Assembly (NCBI GenBank): GCA_028023455.1
Contig: JAQFVV010000005.1
Coordinates: 20,336,001-20,400,000 of the forward strand
Reading direction: 5' to 3'
DNA from: Epiperipatus broadwayi
Taxonomy: Eukaryota; Animalia; Onychophora
DNA: 64,000 nucleotides
Shown here: piece by piece, positions 58,660-64,000 of the stretch
Position numbering within the stretch: position 1 is the first letter of the stretch
Layout: every line of letters starts with the position of its first letter
The notes under the pieces: model-generated
The model's database searches: none
What the model was told of the DNA's origin: nothing
What the model saw: only the letters and a program-made list of their open reading frames with translations
Program-made: the position numbers and the translations under genes

Positions 58660-61600
58660 TGAAACAGTAAGATTAGCTATGCAAATCTTAGTTTCACCAT
58701 TCCTCACCTATCCTCATTTGAACCCCAGTCTATTATAATGTGTGTGTACTGTGTTAACCGGCCAAGGTATATGCATATGTGAGGTACTTATCATAGATAT
58801 ATGATTATAATTAATATGTAAATTAATAATCCAGCAAACATAATAACAGATTAATTGGTGTTTATAAAGTATGTTCACATGTGGGTGTGTATATATATGT
58901 TTAAGTCAGGTATATACACACATATTCCAATAATACATAGAAATGTACAATTAAAAAACATTATTATTTATTCCTATTTTCAATCTCCAATATCACATTT
59001 AAAACTTACAATCAAACATAATGGTATTTCATTCTTATTTAAATTTGCAGTTAAATTTAAATCTGGCAATTTAAAGTAATATTAATTTGTCCTTATTTAA
59101 ATCTTTAATATTAAATTTAAAACTTGTAGTTAAAAATAATATTATTTTGCTCTTATTTAAAATCAATAAAATATCATGCCACAATTTTATTAGAAAGTAA
59201 ATGAGGGCTAGGAAGTGAACAACAGATTCAATATTTAAACTTCACAGGAATGCACTAATAGCTTAAATAATTAGCCAGCAAAGATGAAAACAACAGGTAT
59301 TCACATCAAATATTTTTATCTTAAATTAGTAAAGTTCGTGACACACAAGGTGGGGTGATAATATTTTGTAATGGATTATTACACCACAGGGCAAAATAGA
59401 TAAGAAATCAATTACATGCTTAACTAGTATATATAGACCAAGAATTTGAAAAGAAAAAAAAAACATTAATTATTTTAAGAACTTTCAAGTCATGGATGAT
59501 GCAAAAAAAGCAGACATGAAGAAAAGGCACACCGGTGATAACAGCCAAGAACAAGAGCAGCTCGATCTATCTGGATTCCCTGAATCCATGCTTAAAATTA
59601 GGAAAACTTCCCATCAAATGTTAGGATTGGGAAATATCAACTTAAAATATATTGAAGAGATGTTCAGACAGAATAAGGAAGAGACTAGGAGAAGAGATAA
59701 AGAAGAATTGAGAAGAAGGGAGAAGGAAGCTAAGAGAAGATGAGGAATATCTGGAATTTAGGGAATTAGTGATGTGAGAGTTAGAAAGGGTAAGAGAGGA
59801 GTATAGAATACCCAGCTTGGAACTAAGGAAGCATATATGGAGGATATAGAGGAGGTGAATGAGCAAATGAAAATGGCAAGCAGAGAGGTAGAGCAATTTA
59901 GTAAAAGGGTTGAAGGGTTAGTTAAAAGTATTGATACCCTAGCAATGACAAACAAGAAGAAAATTACTAATGCCAGGGCTGAAGCAGAACAGACAAAAGG
60001 GGAAACAGGCACGAACCCAATGAAATTATTGAGGAAAGAAGAAAGCAGAATAAGGGAGGTAGAATTTGAGGGCAATATAAAACCAGAAAAAAAATCCCCA
60101 ATTTAGAGAATTTGTTCTGATTGTACAACCAAAGTAATGAAGGATGGTAACACAAACCCAAGTAGAACTATCACAGACCATAACTTGCCAGAGCTCCAGA
60201 CATAAATTAAAACAGAGTATGGAAGTATCACAGACAGTTTAAGAGAGACACTGGGAAATAATGCATTCTAAGGGAAAATAGGACCAGACATAGAGATTCA
60301 AACCCATATGGGTAAGGTTATTCATATTAAGATATTTAGAGGGGAAGTAGGAGATAAACCCCTAACCTTATTTGGAGAGTCTTAAAGAATTTTTCTACTT
60401 TTACAAGACATGACCACATGAGCAAACTGCAATTTCCAGCCACTACCTGCAGGGATTGTAAGAGATTGGTGGGAAATGCTGAGAGAAAAACCTCACACAT
60501 TTGAAAATTATGGTACCACACTGCTGATGAGCACCAAAGTGGTATACTTAATACCAGCTGTCAGGAGAGATACGTATCAGCCATTAATGAAACACACACA
60601 CAATTTTTCATATACTAGGTAACCCAATTCAGGTCTCTTAACAACATTCTCTTTTTCAGATGCTCATATCATCAGTACCATACAGAGAAACATGCTGCTA
60701 CCAATCCAGCAACTGATGGTTCAGGAGTAGAAAGAAAAATGTAGAAGAGATGACTTTGGATTTCAGCTCATGGGCTAAAGAACCACTGGAAAAGATAAGG
60801 AAGCTGGAGAACCCAAGACTGCAGTCATTAATTGTCAGAAGCCAATATCATCCAACTGATCAAGGACTACAATCAGTCAAGGTATACAGATGGCCAGAAT
60901 ACAAAAAAGAGACTTGAACTCATTTATCATGTAACAGCATTTAAAAAAAAATTTTTTGTGTGTTTCGCAACTGAGGGAATATGAAACAGTATGATTCACT
61001 CTGCAAATTTTAGTTTCACCTTCTTCATTCCTCACCTACCCTCATATCCTCATTTGACCTAGTCTATTGTAATATGTGGACACTGCGCTAACCAGACAAG
61101 GTATATGCATATGTGAGGTGCTTATCATAGATGTATGATTATTATTAATATGTAAATTAATAATCCAGCAGAAATAACAACAGATTAATTGGTGTTATAA
61201 TATAAAGTATGTTCACATGTGTGTATATATATAAAAGTTTAAGTCAAGTATGTCAAGGTTACATTCATATTCCAATATTACATAGAAAATGTACAATTAA
61301 AAATAATATTATGTATTCTTATTTTCAATCTTCAATATCACATTTAAAACTTACAATCAAATATAATGGTACTTCATTTTTATTTAAGTTTGCAGTTATA
61401 TTTAAATCTGGTAATTTAAAGTAATATTAATTTGTCCTTATTTAAATCTTTAATATTAAATTTAAAACTTGTAATTAAAAATAATATTATTTTGTTCTTA
61501 TTTAAAATCAATAAAATATGCCACAATTTTACTAGAAAGTAAATGAGGGCTGGGAAGTGAATAATGGGTTCACTAATTAAACTTAGCAGGAATGCAACAA

Positions 61601-61913
61601 TGGCTTAAGTAATTAGCCAGCAAAGATGAAACAACAGGTATTCACTTTAAATATTTTTATCTTAAATTAGTAAAATTTGTGACAAAAGTAAAATGGTAAT
61701 CAGAAGATCTGAATATAAAATAACAAAGGTAAATATGCTTATAACATAATCAGAAAGATAATAAATGCATTAGGCAGAGCAATAATATTTGGTAATGGAT
61801 TATTACACTGCAGGGCAATTAGATAAAAAATTAATTACACATTTAACTGGTATATATAAAGCAAGAATTTGAAAAGAAAAAAACCTTTAATTATTTTGAG
61901 AACTTGCAAGCCA
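58660..61913 (+). mobile_element. Internally deleted LTR-retrotransposon-like element (Gypsy-like?)
   Basis: Direct repeats 58660-59492 and 60982-61913 (TG…CA, diverged). The first is followed by TGG; the second is preceded by GAGGGAA. The interior has decayed coiled-coil gag-like frames (59492-60106) and a TCRDCKR remnant. No TSD found. Confidence 0.55.
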
Positions 61914-62999
61914 GATGCTATGAAGATGGAAATAAAATGTCAGAGTAGAAGCAGGCTGGGTGTTATTTTACTACTCGGAGAATGTTATCCTGTGGCCATA
62001 TACCACCTTCATGCCCTCCAATATAAAAAGAATATGCCTTTGAACTACTATTGCTGCTAAAACCAAGTAAAATGATGCTGCCATTAATCTTAACTTCATG
62101 ACATCATAATAAATGAAAGCCAAATATCCAGTGGAACAGATTCTTCTAAACAGCTTGTGATTATCAATAGACTATAAAGTGCACTAGGACTCTCCAGCTG
62201 ATCACACAAGGTAATTGTTTATCCCAAGAGCTCTTGAGTACTCTTTACACTTTCTCTTATGCTATAGCCATTCAATAATTAATGCATATAGAATTTAAAT
62301 CATCCTATAAATTTATAATTGCATCTCCGTGATGTACTTAATCTCTAGATATGTAACCTAGTTAACCTTTTTTTTCTCAGCTATACTTTCACATTTGGGT
62401 AAACAATTTTAAATGTTTTATTAGATTATTTGCTTTGTATTTAGCCTATATAACCTTCAACCAAGCAAGTAACTTTTCTTCTCTTTAACAATCAGGCCAC
62501 TTCATATTCATGCAGATTAATTATGAAAATGGCCACTATTTGCACCAAATCTATTGCCAATCTGCTAGTTCGAATGTTATCTTCTCAAATATATTATTAC
62601 CTTGTATACATATATTCTTTATGCCAGTCTTAATTTATTTATACTAGTTTATACCAACATGTGCCCCTTTAAATTAAAGATAACAGGCGATGGTGTGTGC
62701 AAAATTATAATTAGGAATATACTCTATACATGCATGATTGTGTATTAAATTTCTGGAATCCTTTCATCATGCACTCCCACCTTCATAGTTATTTTGCTAT
62801 GATAATATTATATATAGTTTTGCTTGTACTTACATATTTAATTTGAATATATATATATATTCTTTAAAGTACTTACATATTTAATTTGAATATATATATA
62901 CTTCTTTAAAGTAAATACTTAGGAAGAGATTAAGCTTCTTTATATCATAATACTCAATTTTAATAATAAGCCCATCTAAATTTATAGCTTAATATCTGT

Positions 63000-63400
63000 A
63001 TACATGTATTGCTGATGTAGATGCATAAAGTGTTGTCATATGCTTTGTCAATCCTTGTCTGCCGGGGTATATACAGTCAAGATCATCACATATTTCTTCG
63101 ATTCCCAGACCAGAGTGGACATGGAAGTCTCACCTGGAAATATGGACTTTTGTCATGCAGTCATAAAGTTTACCTGTACGAGGCCAGTCTCATGATGATG
63201 CTCATGTTGTGAACTTTCTTCAGATATATGATGATCTGCTAATCAGCAATATCTTTACACAAAGCCTTGCAGTTTTAACATATCATTTTCCATTCATATG
63301 TATAAATCTCCATGAGCAACACCGATATCCTATTAATCGTGTACTTCTGCTACATGGCCTTTAGTCATCTTATGACTTAATCTTTTCCTACCCTCACATA
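63000..63400 (-). pseudogene. Possible heavily decayed LINE RT fragment
   Basis: Minus-strand IDKAYDN resembles the RT motif IDxxKAYD; many stops otherwise. Confidence 0.3.
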
Positions 63401-64000
63401 TGCCAACAAATAATGGTCTATGATATTCTGATATCCTAAGTACATGCATGTTATTTGATTAATGTATTAAATCATTGTGATAATGAATTTTCTAATGGAA
63501 TAATTATATTCATGGTTATAAAATGATGATATAATTCTCGTACACCTTCACAGCTACCTGTTATTCCATGAAATACTGCCTTAAAGCATATTGTCATAAC
63601 ATCATGTTTCATACTCTTACCCTTGAAAGTATAGAGATTACATTAGTTAAATATTTTATTATAGGAAATTGTATAGATATGGTTTAACATATATAGGTGC
63701 ACAAATATTAACCATCACCTTGTTGATGTCACTGCTTAATTAACACAGACAATGCATCATATTTTTATTTGTTGTTAGTATTGTTTATCCATGTGATCCA
63801 CACTTTATTAGCTCAGTCTCATATCAACACTTTATAGTATATTAACTTTAGTGTTCTTTTCTTTGTACCATCTATAGAAAATCTGTTAGCAAACATAGGG
63901 CATATTTTATTTAAGTTAGAGCCTCTTATTTCTCCCTGACCCCCAGGACTAGAAAGAAGGTTGACTATTAGTAGCAACAGAAGCATTATTCACATAGCTT

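Noticed and set aside
1-64000. Remaining 60-110-aa ORFs in the supplied track
   Set aside because: Composition (F/I/L/K/Y/N-rich) is what AT-rich non-coding DNA or repeat copies give by chance; no motifs.

Overview
AT-rich (roughly 30% GC or less by eye), CpG-depleted eukaryotic DNA. It looks like invertebrate animal intronic or intergenic sequence and is dominated by mobile elements; no host gene could be named. Main contents: (1) a full-length L1/Tx1-type non-LTR retrotransposon (24668-30174, 12-bp TSD, intact 1078-aa APE-RT-zinc-finger ORF2, frameshifted ORF1); (2) a decayed second LINE (31.8-34.4 kb), several RTE relics, a Penelope GIY-YIG tail and an internally deleted LTR-like element (58.7-61.9 kb); (3) seven copies of a ~100-bp tRNA-Gly(TCC)-derived SINE, four with 13-17-bp TSDs; (4) a SPIN/URR1-like hAT MITE with a perfect 8-bp TSD; (5) two non-coding DNA elements with 5'-TGGTTG...CAACCA-3' ends, ~40-bp TIRs and 6-bp TSDs that I cannot place in a superfamily; (6) at least four families of short non-coding repeats carrying minimal type-I hammerhead ribozyme motifs (about 20 motif copies, a few intact). 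The hammerhead repeats occur as tandem units and fold-back insertions, some with 10-13-bp TSDs, and one family joins a tRNA-derived Pol III head to the hammerhead. A chain of phase-compatible short minus-strand exons (19.7 to 5.4 kb) may be an unidentified host gene. All homology calls are by eye or from memory; no searches were run.
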